A stretch of 64,000 nucleotides of DNA from Planktothrix sp. GU0601_MAG3 (GTDB lineage: Bacteria; Cyanobacteriota; Cyanobacteriia; Cyanobacteriales; Microcoleaceae). The notes below the pieces were generated by a model that worked only from the letters and a program-made list of their open reading frames with translations, searched no databases and was not told where the DNA came from. Below, one piece after another: positions 12,912 to 24,094 of this stretch. The position numbers were made by a program, and so were the translations under genes. The number at the start of each line of letters is the position of its first letter. Positions within the stretch are counted from its first letter, which is position 1. The stretch covers positions 3,796,578 through 3,860,577 of the forward strand of contig CP136572.1 in NCBI GenBank assembly GCA_035193785.1, written 5' to 3'.

Positions 12912-13052
12912 AGGCGCTATTGTTGCAGACTACCCACTGAAATGGAAAGAGTTGTATTCTGTACTACTATAGCTTCTGTCTAACCCGGTACTCCCCCGTA
13001 GGGCTAGTACCCGCATGATCTTCTTACTCACCCTCAACTATCTGGTGGTGTT

Positions 13053-13448
13053 ATGTCAAAATCGACGATTACTTATTGGAACCCATTAAGTCCACAAAAT
13101 CAAGACTATTGGAAACCCATTTTAGAGATGGAAAATAGTGTTGAAGAACTAACTTTAAGTCAGGATGAAGAAACAGGTGAATATACCCGTTTAACTCGGT
13201 TTCATCCGGGTGCAGATACAATATCTTTCGGTGCAAAAAGTCATCCCTACCCGGAAGAAATTTTTATTATTAGCGGTCGTCTTTATGATCAAGCATTTGA
13301 TTTATGGTTGGAATCGGGACATTATGCCAGTAGACCTCCAGGTGAAATTCACGGCCCGTTTAAAACGGATATTGGTTGTAATATTATTAAGCTGTATAAA
13401 CTTAATAACTTCTTCATTCTCATCCCCGCCATCCACGAGATCACCTAA
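13053..13448 (+). pseudogene. ChrR-like cupin domain protein, apparently 3'-truncated near 13380
   Basis: TRLTRFHPG..HPYPEEIFIISG..YASRPPGEIHGPF; the tail after GC is the antisense of the neighbouring gene. Confidence 0.6.
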
Positions 13449-13547
13449 ACAGATAACTCGGTCAATTCGTCGGGATTTCATGTCTTTTAAAACGACATCA
13501 AAACCTGCTTTATTCCCATGAATATCTGAAATAATGGCAATTCTCAT
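13302..13547 (-). pseudogene. Metallophosphoesterase N-terminal fragment
   Basis: MRIAIISDIHGN and CLGDLVD present; the GNHD motif and the rest of the domain are missing. Confidence 0.75.
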
Positions 13548-13599
13548 AATATTAGTTTTTCATCTGTTTAAGCTAATTAATGAGTTATCTTTAGGTAGA

Positions 13600-14085
13600 T
13601 TAAGCATTGAGAATATCCTGAACCGTCAATTCTACTAATTCCCCTTCCACAAATTCATTGATTCTGCCAGAATTAACAGAATACCCATAAAAATTAATTT
13701 GATAATCTGTAATTTTAACGCCAGTTTGTTGTTCAACCTGGGCTAATAATTCCGGGGGTAATTCGATATGAATATCTAAAATTTTCTCCGTATCCAAACA
13801 ATTAACATGGGAATGGGAATCGCTGATATGTCCATATAAACGGCCATCGGAACGTTCCACACACTCAATCACATTTTCCCGGGATAGGGCTTCTAAGTTT
13901 TGATAAACCGATGTATGACCAATAGCTTTACCCTGTTGATTCAATCGATCATAAATGTCCCGGGCTGATAAATGTTCTTGAACTTGCCAAAGCAATTCCA
14001 AAACCAAACGACGCTGACGACTCAGCCGCATTCCTCTAGCTTGACAATAATCGATTGCATCTTCTAAACAACGAATGGGTTTCAC
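13600..14085 (-). CDS. perR: Fur family regulator, FurC/PerR type
   Basis: RLSRQRR..HLSARDIYD..GHTSVYQNL..HSHVNCLDT, matching cyanobacterial FurC. Confidence 0.82.
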   Translation of the reverse strand: MKPIRCLEDAIDYCQARGMRLSRQRRLVLELLWQVQEHLSARDIYDRLNQQGKAIGHTSVYQNLEALSRENVIECVERSDGRLYGHISDSHSHVNCLDTEKILDIHIELPPELLAQVEQQTGVKITDYQINFYGYSVNSGRINEFVEGELVELTVQDILNA

Positions 14086-14282
14086 TATTCTCTCTCCCCT
14101 CAGTTTATTTATGAAATTTCAATAGTTTTGGGATCACCGATCCCAGACTCAGACTATATTTTCTATTGTATCTTAGGGATTTTAACGAAATTAGTTGATC
14201 TGCGCCACTTAAATGATCAACCCATCACCAATCTGCACGAAAATAAGAAACCGTGGTTTCTATCTGCAAAGGTTGACATTGA

Positions 14283-14771
14283 ATGGCAATTACAATCAAG
14301 CTGAATTCTGAGCAAGTCAATCATTTGGATTTGTCCCCTGTGCAAAGGGTCATCAATTCCCTGGCTGAAAATACCGATATTACAGCCTATGAACATCAGA
14401 TTAGCTTCGAGATCGACTATTCCCGTGACCCAGAAGACCCCAGAGAAATTTCAGAAGTTCCTGAAATCCGCCTATGGTTTATTCGCCTAGATGCCCAATA
14501 TCCTTGGCTTCCCTTCTTTCTGGACTGGAAATCTGGGGAATTAGCCCGTTATGTGGCCATGCTCGTCCCCCATCAATTCCATCGCACCGAAGGCATCCAA
14601 TATAACCCGGAAGCCCTAGAAATTTTCCTAATGCAAAAGATCTTTATCCTTGACCAATGGCTCGTCCAACACAACATTCCCAGCAAATCCCGCCTGATGG
14701 CTATGGCTCAAATGCTAGGCTATGACCTGGATGATACCTTCTTTGAAACTTATACTCAGAAAGGGTGTTAA
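14283..14771 (+). CDS. CRR6 family NdhI maturation factor (DUF1817)
   Basis: DPREISEVPEIRLWFIRLDA.YPWLPF, YVAMLVPHQF. Confidence 0.85.
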   Translation: MAITIKLNSEQVNHLDLSPVQRVINSLAENTDITAYEHQISFEIDYSRDPEDPREISEVPEIRLWFIRLDAQYPWLPFFLDWKSGELARYVAMLVPHQFHRTEGIQYNPEALEIFLMQKIFILDQWLVQHNIPSKSRLMAMAQMLGYDLDDTFFETYTQKGC

Positions 14772-14801
14772 TGGTTGGAAGGACTGATGACTGATAAATG
14801 C

Positions 14802-14852
14802 TAGAGACGCGCCAATAGCCTACGGCATCGCTGCGCTCGGGCACGTCTCTAC
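14802..14852. repeat. REP-like palindrome GTAGAGACG..CGTCTCTAC with expanded loop
   Basis: tagagacgcgcc...ggcacgtctcta; related copies near 59073 and 62525. Confidence 0.75.
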
Positions 14853-14864
14853 ACTGACCACTGA

Positions 14865-15257
14865 TTACAGATTCAAATATCGTTCAATTAACACAATCGC
14901 CACAATATCATCAATGGGACGGGGTGGGGTTCGCATTCCTTTGGGAATTAAACAAGTTAACCCTTTAGGGGGATAAATTTGCCAATAGCGATCGCGGGCT
15001 TCTAAGGTAGAATATCGTTCATTAACTTGAATAATAGAAAGGGATTCCGGCAAAATGTCAGTTAGTTTTTGTTTCCACATTTTTGAAGTGGTTTGATCTC
15101 CCATGACCACCATTTCAATAGTAAATTGTTGACACAAAGATTCAATAATTTGAGGAACATCCGACGCTAAAATCACCTGATGATAATATAACTGGGAACC
15201 CTCATCCATCACCGCAATTCCACATTTTTCTCGACCGGGATCAAACCCTAAAATCAT
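14865..15257 (-). CDS. yqgF: YqgF/RuvX family nuclease
   Basis: MILGFDPGREKCGIAV, VNERYSTLEAR, IDDIVAIVL. Confidence 0.85.
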   Translation of the reverse strand: MILGFDPGREKCGIAVMDEGSQLYYHQVILASDVPQIIESLCQQFTIEMVVMGDQTTSKMWKQKLTDILPESLSIIQVNERYSTLEARDRYWQIYPPKGLTCLIPKGMRTPPRPIDDIVAIVLIERYLNL

Positions 15258-15258
15258 T

Positions 15259-16854
15259 TTATTTTTGATCATCGTATTGGATATAATTAGATTTAGAGTT
15301 TGGATGTCCGATATTATTCTGAGTTGATGGATTTTCTAATTTATTAGAATCATTAAGCTGTTCCTGTTGTCGGGTACTAAAGATCACTTGCCCATTGCGA
15401 AGTGCCAATAAATCCAGTCGCAATGGCCCGATAGTATAGGCATCTTCCGCAGCAATAGCTTGAATTTCCAGGGGTTGACTATGTTCTTGGACTTGTTGGA
15501 AAAAATTAATTAATGTATCCATTCTATCATTTCCAATTTGTATTGTTCCACCCACAACTCCAACAAAACGCGCCCGAAAACTGGACGCATCTAAAAGTTG
15601 TTGCATTTGCTTTCTCAATTGATCATTAGATAAAGCAGAAGGATTAAATGTTGTTCCAGCAACAATTTCTCCCGTGGTAAATAATAATCGATTCGGTTCA
15701 GCTTTCGTAAAAACCGATACTTTTGTTTCCCCAACTAAATAATTAGCCGCCGAAATCACTTGTACCACATAATCTCGACCATCATTAATTTGATTAATTA
15801 AATCTTCAATTTCTACCTTTGTAATTTGAATTACTTGAACCTGACCAGCTTTTGTATTTCCCAATTGTACAGACTCAATGGCATAATTATTCGCTTCTTT
15901 TAACAGGGTATCAACCGCCTGATTTGCCGTTTTGGGATCACTAATTCTGACCAAACTACTGGATAAAACCTGTCCCCTTTCTAAAACAACACTGCCTTCT
16001 CGTAATAATTGAAAATCCCGTCCAATTAGTTCAACTTGTTGACTTAAAAATTGTTTTTGCCGTTCTAATGTTGTCTGTTCTGTTTCCAATTCTTCCAACC
16101 GAGATTCCCGTTTTGCAATAATTTGATCCTGTTCTTTGATCCTTTGTTCCTGTTGTTCAATTTCCCGATCCTGCTGTTTCATTTCCTCTGAACGTTTAGC
16201 AATTTCCTGATCCCGATTTTGAATTTGAGCTTTTACCTGTTCTTGTTGCCGAATCAAATTTTGACGCTCATTCCTGAGTTTTTGAATTTCCGATCGTAAA
16301 CTTTGTTTTTGTTTAAATACCTCTTGAAGTCGATTTTCTCTATCTTTCAGTTCGGCTTCCGTTGCCGTTCTTTCTACCTGAATATCGCGTAATTGTTTCC
16401 GAAGATCTCCTAATTGATTCTGAGTTCTTGCTAATTCTTCTGCTGTTTCAAAAGCTTGAGATTGAGCCGTTTTCAGGGATTGATTGATCATATTTAACTG
16501 TGCCATGGCGGTATTGATTTCCGTTTTAGCCCTCGTTAAATCCCTTTCTACTCGACTTTTTTCATCTTCTGCCCTCGTTAAATCCTTCCGAGCATCATTC
16601 AATCTACTTTGAATTTGATCAATTTGAAACACACCTCGACGTAGAGGTTTACTCGAAGCAAATAAAATCCCCAAGGTCAATGCCGAAAGTACACTGCCAG
16701 TTAAAATGGTCACAACCATAGCAGTGTTGCGGGGGCGGAGATTAAATAAACTTAGCCTGGCTTTTCCAACTTTAGTTCCCAGCCGATCGCTAACCGTCGC
16801 AATCACGCCCCCTAACACCAAAATGGATACAACCAGGATAATTCCTGCGGTCAT
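15259..16854 (-). CDS. DUF3084 domain coiled-coil protein
   Basis: LGGVIATVSDRLGTKVGKARLSLFNLRPRNTA plus long coiled coil; typical ntcA neighbour. Confidence 0.85.
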   Translation of the reverse strand: MTAGIILVVSILVLGGVIATVSDRLGTKVGKARLSLFNLRPRNTAMVVTILTGSVLSALTLGILFASSKPLRRGVFQIDQIQSRLNDARKDLTRAEDEKSRVERDLTRAKTEINTAMAQLNMINQSLKTAQSQAFETAEELARTQNQLGDLRKQLRDIQVERTATEAELKDRENRLQEVFKQKQSLRSEIQKLRNERQNLIRQQEQVKAQIQNRDQEIAKRSEEMKQQDREIEQQEQRIKEQDQIIAKRESRLEELETEQTTLERQKQFLSQQVELIGRDFQLLREGSVVLERGQVLSSSLVRISDPKTANQAVDTLLKEANNYAIESVQLGNTKAGQVQVIQITKVEIEDLINQINDGRDYVVQVISAANYLVGETKVSVFTKAEPNRLLFTTGEIVAGTTFNPSALSNDQLRKQMQQLLDASSFRARFVGVVGGTIQIGNDRMDTLINFFQQVQEHSQPLEIQAIAAEDAYTIGPLRLDLLALRNGQVIFSTRQQEQLNDSNKLENPSTQNNIGHPNSKSNYIQYDDQK

Positions 16855-17037
16855 ATAAGAAAAAATGGGGAGAGTGGAAACTCAGCATTTCAGGACTGGA
16901 GAGTCCCAAAATTCAACTATGGAGTTAATATCGATTTTATCCCCCTCTAATTTGCAGTTTCCTCAATTAACTCGGGTGAAATCTACGGGTTGCTTCCTAG
17001 GTTTTTTCCAGGGTCATCTAGGAAATTGACCCCAAAA

Positions 17038-17704
17038 TTAAGTAAATTGTTGACTTAGAGTGACGGGATTATGGACTGTGATCTTTTTCTTATAAATTGA
17101 GATCATGTTTTTTTGTCGTAAATCTCCTAATAGACGGGTAACCGTAACCCGCGTGGAACCGATCGCTTCGGCGATCGCCTGATGAGAAAGTTTCAAATCA
17201 ATCCGAATTCCATCTCTACCTGGTACGCCAAAATCTCGACAAAGAATCAGGAGAAAACTAACTAATCTCGATCCCATATCTCGGTGAGCTAAGGTTTCAA
17301 TCATCATCTCCGTTTGTAAAATCCGAGACGACAATCCCCGCAACATCACCATCGGCAGTTCGGGATCGCTTTTTAGGGCTTTCTCCACCTGTTCAATCGG
17401 AAACGGAGAGTAATTCTACAGAGGTAAAGGCAACAGCATGGTAAAACCGATCTGACCGATGACCTGTAATTAACGATAAAACACCAAATACACTATTTTC
17501 TCGAAGTAAAGCGACAGTAATTTCTTCTCCAGCCTCATAGACCCTGGATAATTTAACCGCACCTTTGATCAGAACATAGACGCGCTCCGCCGGATCGCCG
17601 GGAAAGAAGATCGTCTTACCCCGTTCAAAGCTTTCCACGACGGGAGGGAACGCCCCCCCGCCGATGCTGCGGAATACTTCTGCTAACGGTTTATCATACG
17701 TCAC
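17038..17704 (-). CDS. ntcA: Global nitrogen regulator NtcA (frameshift at 17400-17404)
   Basis: [57 protein letters not shown]. Confidence 0.97.
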
Positions 17705-17745
17705 GACCCGATCCCTTGCACTAAAAATGCTCTAATATATCTTCC

Positions 17746-17759
17746 GTATTTCAGTCTAC
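17746..17759. promoter_or_regulatory. Putative NtcA box in ntcA-fabI intergenic region
   Basis: GTA-tttcagtc-TAC (GTA-N8-TAC); ntcA autoregulation is known, but no clean -10 at the canonical spacing. Confidence 0.5.
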
Positions 17760-17804
17760 GCTAATTAAGCTAATTGCATCATCTTGCTTATAGAATAGTC
17801 TATT

Positions 17805-18581
17805 ATGCTGAATTTGAACGGAAAAAACGCACTTGTTACCGGCATTGCCAATAATCGCTCCATTGCGTGGGGCATTGCCCAACAGCTTCACCAAGCTGGA
17901 GCTAATCTTGGAATCACCTACCTTCCCGATGAGAAAGGTCGTTTTGAAAAAAAGGTGCAAGAATTAGTTGAACCCCTCAACCCCAGTTTATTTCTCCCCT
18001 GTGATGTCCAAAATGACGCTCAAATCGAGGAGTTATTTACGGCTATCCGTGACCAATGGGGACGAATTGATATTCTGATCCATTGTCTGGCCTTCGCGGG
18101 GAAGGAGGAACTCTCCGGGGACTTTAGCAATGTATCCCGGGCTGGATTTACCCGCGCCCTGGACATTAGTGCCTATTCTCTAATTCAACTGAGTGCGGCG
18201 GCTAAACCTTTAATGACCCAGGGGGGTAGCATTATTACCCTAACCTATCTCGGCGGTGTACGAGTTATTCCTAATTACAATGTGATGGGAATTGCTAAAG
18301 CAGCCCTGGAAATGAATGTTCGCTACCTGGCGGCGGAGTTGGGGCCCTTGGGAGTTCGGGTAAACGGCATTTCGGCTGGCCCGATTCGGACTTTGGCATC
18401 TTCGGCCGTGGGTGGGATTTTAGACATGATCCATCACGTTGAGGACATCGCCCCCCTAAAACGGACGGTGACTCAAACGGAAGTCGGTAATGTGGCGGCG
18501 TTCCTGAGTAGCGATTTATCCAGCGGCATTACAGGTCAAATTCTGTATGTCGATTCGGGTTATTGCATTATGGGAATGTAA
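17805..18581 (+). CDS. fabI: Enoyl-ACP reductase FabI
   Basis: GIANNRSIAWGIA, YNVMGIAKAALE, ISAGPIRTLAS. Confidence 0.96.
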   Translation: MLNLNGKNALVTGIANNRSIAWGIAQQLHQAGANLGITYLPDEKGRFEKKVQELVEPLNPSLFLPCDVQNDAQIEELFTAIRDQWGRIDILIHCLAFAGKEELSGDFSNVSRAGFTRALDISAYSLIQLSAAAKPLMTQGGSIITLTYLGGVRVIPNYNVMGIAKAALEMNVRYLAAELGPLGVRVNGISAGPIRTLASSAVGGILDMIHHVEDIAPLKRTVTQTEVGNVAAFLSSDLSSGITGQILYVDSGYCIMGM

Positions 18582-18584
18582 TTA

Positions 18585-18830
18585 ATCAGTTATCAGTCAA
18601 CAGTTATCAGTTTAAGAGTTAACAGTTTAAGAGTTAACAGTTTAAGAGTTAACAGTTTAGGAGTTAATTAACTGTTGGCTTATTAACTAATAACTGTTAA
18701 CTGACGACTAATAACTGATGACTAATAACTGATGACTGTTAACTGATGACTGATGACTGATGACTGATGACTAATAACTGTTAACTAATAACTAATAACT
18801 GATAACTGATAACTGATAACTGATGACTGA
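18585..18830. repeat. Large STRR heptamer array (forward and inverted blocks)
   Basis: TCAGTTA, (GTTTAAGAGTTAACA)n, (ACTGATG)n, (ACTGATA)n. Confidence 0.9.
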
Positions 18831-19468
18831 CACTAGCGATCGCCCTTCTATTAATACTGCAAATTCTAATGATCTGCCCCCCAGAATTGCTACGGTGTAC
18901 CGCAAAACGGGAGAAACAGAGGTTAATGTCACGATTAATTTAGATGGAACTGGAATCTGTAAGGTTTCTACAGGAATTCCCTTTTTAGATCACATGATGC
19001 ACCAAATTTCATCCCATGGCTTAATTGATTTAGAAATTCAAGCCACTGGAGATATTGAAATTGATGATCACCATACCAATGAAGATGTGGGAATTACATT
19101 AGGTTTAGCTTTAGCTAAAGCCCTAGGCGATCGCAAAGGAATTACTCGTTTTGGTCATTTTATTGCCCCTTTAGATGAAGCCTTAGTACAAGTTGCTTTA
19201 GATTTTTCTGGTCGTCCTCACCTCACATATCGTTTAGAAATTCCGACTCAACGAGTGGGAAACCTACGATACTCAATTAGTCCGAGAATTCTTTGTGGCA
19301 ATTGTTAATAATAGTCAACTAACATTGCATTTACGCCAGTTAGATGGAATTAATTCCCACCATATTATTGAAGCTGGGTTTAAAGCCTTTGCCAGATCCT
19401 TAAGAATGGCAGTTGAAATTGATCCCCGTCGGGCAAATACCATCCCCAGTTCTAAAGGAGTTTTGTAA
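18823..19468 (+). CDS. hisB: Imidazoleglycerol-phosphate dehydratase (frameshift at 19259-19263)
   Basis: [20 protein letters not shown]; the downstream frame gives [24 protein letters not shown]. Confidence 0.95.
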
Positions 19469-19505
19469 GTAGGTAGGTATCAATAAACCTTGCCCATTAC
19501 TGATC

Positions 19506-19578
19506 ACAGATTTAAAAGGATTTCACGGATTTCACGGATTTTAATCTGTGTTAATCTGCGTAATCCTCTTCAATCTGT
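19506..19578. repeat. Palindromic repeat with 9-bp tandem units
   Basis: acagattt..(ggatttcac)x2..aatctgtg..aatctgcg..aatctgt. Confidence 0.55.
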
Positions 19579-19583
19579 AATCC

Positions 19584-19856
19584 CTATTCCAAATACTTCT
19601 GTAACATTTGTTCCAACTGCATAACCGACATTCGGGGTGAAGGACGGGGAATAGGTTGGTCTGGTTCACCGGATTTAAACAGGACAGGAATCGAATATTG
19701 ATAGGCTTGAAACCAATCTTCTCGGGTAGTAATGTCTCGGATTTCTAATTGAAATCCTCCTAATTTTTGGTGTGAGGTTTGAATTTTCTCCAATTTTTCC
19801 TGGAGTCCTTCGCATAAATGACAGCCAGGTTTACTATATAAAATTAGTGTGATCAT
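19584..19856 (-). CDS. Glutaredoxin-like protein (DUF836)
   Basis: LYSKPGCHLCEGL, YQYSIPVL. Confidence 0.88.
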   Translation of the reverse strand: MITLILYSKPGCHLCEGLQEKLEKIQTSHQKLGGFQLEIRDITTREDWFQAYQYSIPVLFKSGEPDQPIPRPSPRMSVMQLEQMLQKYLE

Positions 19857-22800
19857 TGGATTTCCTTAATCTCCGATAGTAATAATTGGGTCGCTTGTTT
19901 CGGCTTCTAGGGGTTTAGCGAATAAATAACCCTGTCCGAATGGACAGCCTAATTCCTGTAAAATTCTTCTTTGTTCGCGGGTTTCTATCCCTTCAGCGAT
20001 CACATCTAATTCTAAATTTTGCGCTAAAGAAATAATAGCTTTAACGATTTGTAAGGGCTGGCTTTTTTTACCGCTAAAATTTTTGCTTTTATGATCTAAA
20101 CGATTAATAAATGAACGATCAATTTTCAAACTATTTAAGGGAAATTGATGTAAATAACTCAAGGATGAATACCCTGTCCCGAAGTCATCAATTGATAGAT
20201 GAATTTTGCGAGATCTTAGTTGAGCCAGGATCGAAAAAGAAGCAGATAAATTTTCCATAATCACACTTTCGGTAATTTCCAGTTTCAAATCACTAGGATT
20301 ACAAGCTGTTTCCGTTAATATTTGATCAATTTGTTCTAATAGATTCGATTGACAAAGCTGTTTACTCGATAGGTTAACACTCATATTTAGGGGATAAACA
20401 TTACCATTATATTTGTGTTTTTGATCATCAGATTTTTCCATAGAGGCTGTATTAACTAAAACAAACTTTTGGGTTAATTTTTGTTTCCAAACTCGCAATT
20501 GCTCACAAGCTTCTCGTAATACCCAAGCCCCCAAGGGAATAATTAAACCCGTTTCTTCCGCAACGGGAATAAACTCTACAGGCGATACTAAACCCCTGGT
20601 GGGATGTAGCCAACGCACTAGGGCTTCAAAGCCAGTAATTTTACCACTGGATAAAGAAACAATTGGCTGATAATAGACCTTAAATCCCTTGAGATTTGAG
20701 GGTTGAGTGATTGATCTTTCCAGTAGATGTTCTTGAGTTACGGGCTCTGAGTGCTGTGGATTTCCAATTTGAATTCTTCCATAAATAGCTTGTCGTAAAT
20801 CAGTTTCAAGCTGCAATATAGACAGAGTTTGACTATGTATATTTAAATCAAAAACTTCATGTCGAGCTTTGCCTTTAGCCTTAGCTCTATACATAGCAAT
20901 ATCAGCATCTCGTAAAAAATCTTCAGGATTATTATACAATAAACATTGGTGGGATTCAATATTGTTTTCCGATGGCTGATTATTGCCCTTGCTGGGAACA
21001 ATTCCAATACTAACGGTGGTAAAAATTTCATGTCCCTGAATATAAAAAGGTTGAGTTAATTCATAGTGAATTTTCTCTGCCATTTTTGTTGCATCGGTAA
21101 TGCTTTGAACCCGATTAATCAAAATTGTAAATTCATCTCCCCCTAAACGAGCAACGGTATCTAATGGGTTGACACAATACAAAAGACGATGGGAAATTTC
21201 AACTAATAGTTGATCTCCAATTAAATGCCCTAAACTATCATTAACAACCTTAAATCTATCTAAGTCTAAAAATAAGACTGCAAACTCATAATTAGGTTCT
21301 TGTTTAGATCGTTTTAATAACTGTGCTAAACGTTCATTAAAAAAGCTCCGATTAGGTAATTGAGTCAAAGCATCATGTAGGGCTTCATACATGAGTTGGG
21401 CTTCAAATTGTTTACGTTCAGTAATATCCCGAATAATAATTTGAATTGCAGATTGACCTTGATAGGTAGCCGGAATTCCGACAATTTCTACATCAATAAC
21501 TTCCCCATTTAATCGAGTTAGTTTTTGTTCTATTAACGACCGAGGTTGCTGTTCATTTTGATCATCTTGAATTTGAGTATGAATGGAATTAAAATAATCA
21601 GGAGGCAAAAAATCAAAAATAGAGCGACCAATTAAATCTTGAGGGCGATTTGCTCCTAATAGTTTGGCTCCAGCCAGATTAATATAAACTAATTGTTCTC
21701 CATTGTGAATGGCAATAGTTTCAGGAGATAATTCAACTAAACGGCGATAGCGCTCCTCACTTTCCCGCAGACCTAATTCGGCTTTAACCCGTTGTTTTTC
21801 TGTTTGATTAGCAGCAATAAATCGACCAATACTTTGAGCCATTAACTCTAAAATTTCCAGTTCATAGGATTTATAATCTACGGTTTTAACCTCTAAAGCA
21901 GCAAAAGCTAATGTCCCATAAATTTCACCATTGACCCAAATTGGAGTTCCCAAACAGGTTTCGAGATGAAACCTTTGATAGCTTCGGAGTTGATTGAATT
22001 GAGGATTTTGCCCGATTGCAGTATGAACTTGAGTAATTTGGGTCTGAATGACTTTAACACAGTAGCTTTCTTCAAAAGGCACTATCATACCTGGTTGAAT
22101 TATATCTAAATCGGAATCAACGGTATCAATAATAATAGTGTTATTTTCTAATCGGCTAATGAAACCAATTGATAATTGAAAAATCTCACGTCCAACTTGG
22201 AGATAATCTCGAAAAAGTTCATCTGAATTTTGATGATTATAGGTGGTAATCCGATGCAAATGTTTGAGATTAGAACTAAACTGAGCTAAGGCTTGGGATT
22301 GTAAAACCAAAGATTGTTCAGATTGTTTCCGTTTAGTTATATCTGCTTGAATCCCAATAAAATGAGTCAAATATCCTTTGGAACTATATACTGGAGCAAT
22401 GGAAAGTTCATTCCAGAAAAACTCCCCATCTTTCCGATAATTCTGTAGTTCGACATGACACTCTTTTCCTTCTAATACGGCACGACGAATTTCATCAACG
22501 GCTGCATCTTTGGAATAATTCCCCTGTAAAAATCGGCAATTTTCTCCTAAAATATCTTCGCTGCCATATCCTGTAATTCGTTCAAATCCGTTATTCACAA
22601 AAATAATCGGATTATCTGGTTGGGTTGCATCGGTAATCACAATCCCATTACTACTACTATTAATGGCTCGTTTCCATCAACTGTAAACGTTCTTGGGCGC
22701 GGTGACTTTCAATCGCCGCCGCTAAAACATTAGCGATCGCTTCCAAAAAATGTACATCTTCCAGGGTAAACTGGCGATGGCAAGTGCTATGGACACTTAA

Positions 22801-24094
22801 AACCCCCCAAGCCTTTGAAATAGGGGAATCCACCTGTTTTTTACTCGAGGCTGAATCCTGTCCCCAACGGGCAACTACCACACTCATACCACTAACTACC
22901 CGATGATTATGCAGCAAGGGAGTTCCAGAAAATCGAGTTTCCACCCGTAAATCATCCACCACAATCGGTTCATTCTTAAGTAGGGTATACCCAGCCTGGG
23001 AGTTAATATGGGCACTCACCCTCGCATTGCCCACCAGTCCCTTTTGCCAACCCACCCCCGCCCTCAACCAAAAAGCATGGCCTCCGGGCATCAGTTCCAA
23101 AAGTTTACAGTATTCTACATCCAAGGTTTTCGCCACGGCATCGACAACTTCATTCACTAAGACGGAGAGGTCAGAATGAATTAGAGCCTGTTGACCGAGG
23201 TGGGCGACCGTAGCTTGCTGGCTGACCTTAGATTGCAAGGTGGCCAAAAGCGGGTCTATTGGCCCAGGGGTGGGGACTTCTTCCGTGATTGCTTGGGTGC
23301 TAATTAAGGTGGCGACTAACTGACCCAATTGATTTCTAAGGGGTAAAAAAGTAGCACCACAGCAGTCCAATCTCCCATCCCGACGCTGGAAGGGAATTTC
23401 GCGGGTGTAGCCGGAATATTCATCGGCGGGCTCAGAGTTGTATAGGTCAATAGCGTCATGTAACGCCGATAAATTCAAAGCCGCCAAAGTTCGACCCAAA
23501 ACCTGGGATTTATCATAACCAAACATTTGTTCTGCGACGGTATTCCAATCAATAATTTGGTGTTCCGCACTCAACAGAATTACCCCCTGTTTCCAATGGT
23601 CAAAGCTGGGAATATAGCCCGATGGTAAGGTTTGATTGGGTGCATGGCGGAGAAGTTCGGAGTAGGTGGACAGAATCAATTTTTCCCCATTTACTGTTAG
23701 CAGACGCATGGATACTAATGTCCACCAGAGGGTTCCATCTAATCGTTTTACTTGCAGAGTTTGTTGTGTGAAATCCTGTTTTTGCAACTTCTCTAGCAGA
23801 ACTTCTCTATCCGTGAGATTAGCAAAGATATCGGATTCAGCAAAGTTCGATATTTCTGATTTAGGCAATCCAAAGGTCTGTTGGAAACGAGAATTACAAT
23901 AAAAAACCCGACCATCGCCCAGGTGACTGACAATCAAAGCAACTTGCAGCAGTTTCTGCAATCACCTGAATCAGTGTTGGGCTGTCTAGTAATCCAACTT
24001 CTTGATCCGCATCTATTACCCACCCCGGAGCAATGGATGCAATGGGATAAAGTTGGTTTTGATCTGCTTGTGTCTTGTGTTTGTTGAGCATCAA
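19853..24094 (-). CDS. Multi-PAS/GAF diguanylate cyclase/phosphodiesterase (GGDEF-EAL), ~1410 aa; frameshifts at 23952, 22670, 19897
   Basis: PAS-PAS-GAF-LOV(ENCRFLQG)-GAF-PAS-GGDEF(RLGGDEF)-EAL([19 protein letters not shown]); the corrected stop overlaps the glutaredoxin ATG. Confidence 0.9.
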
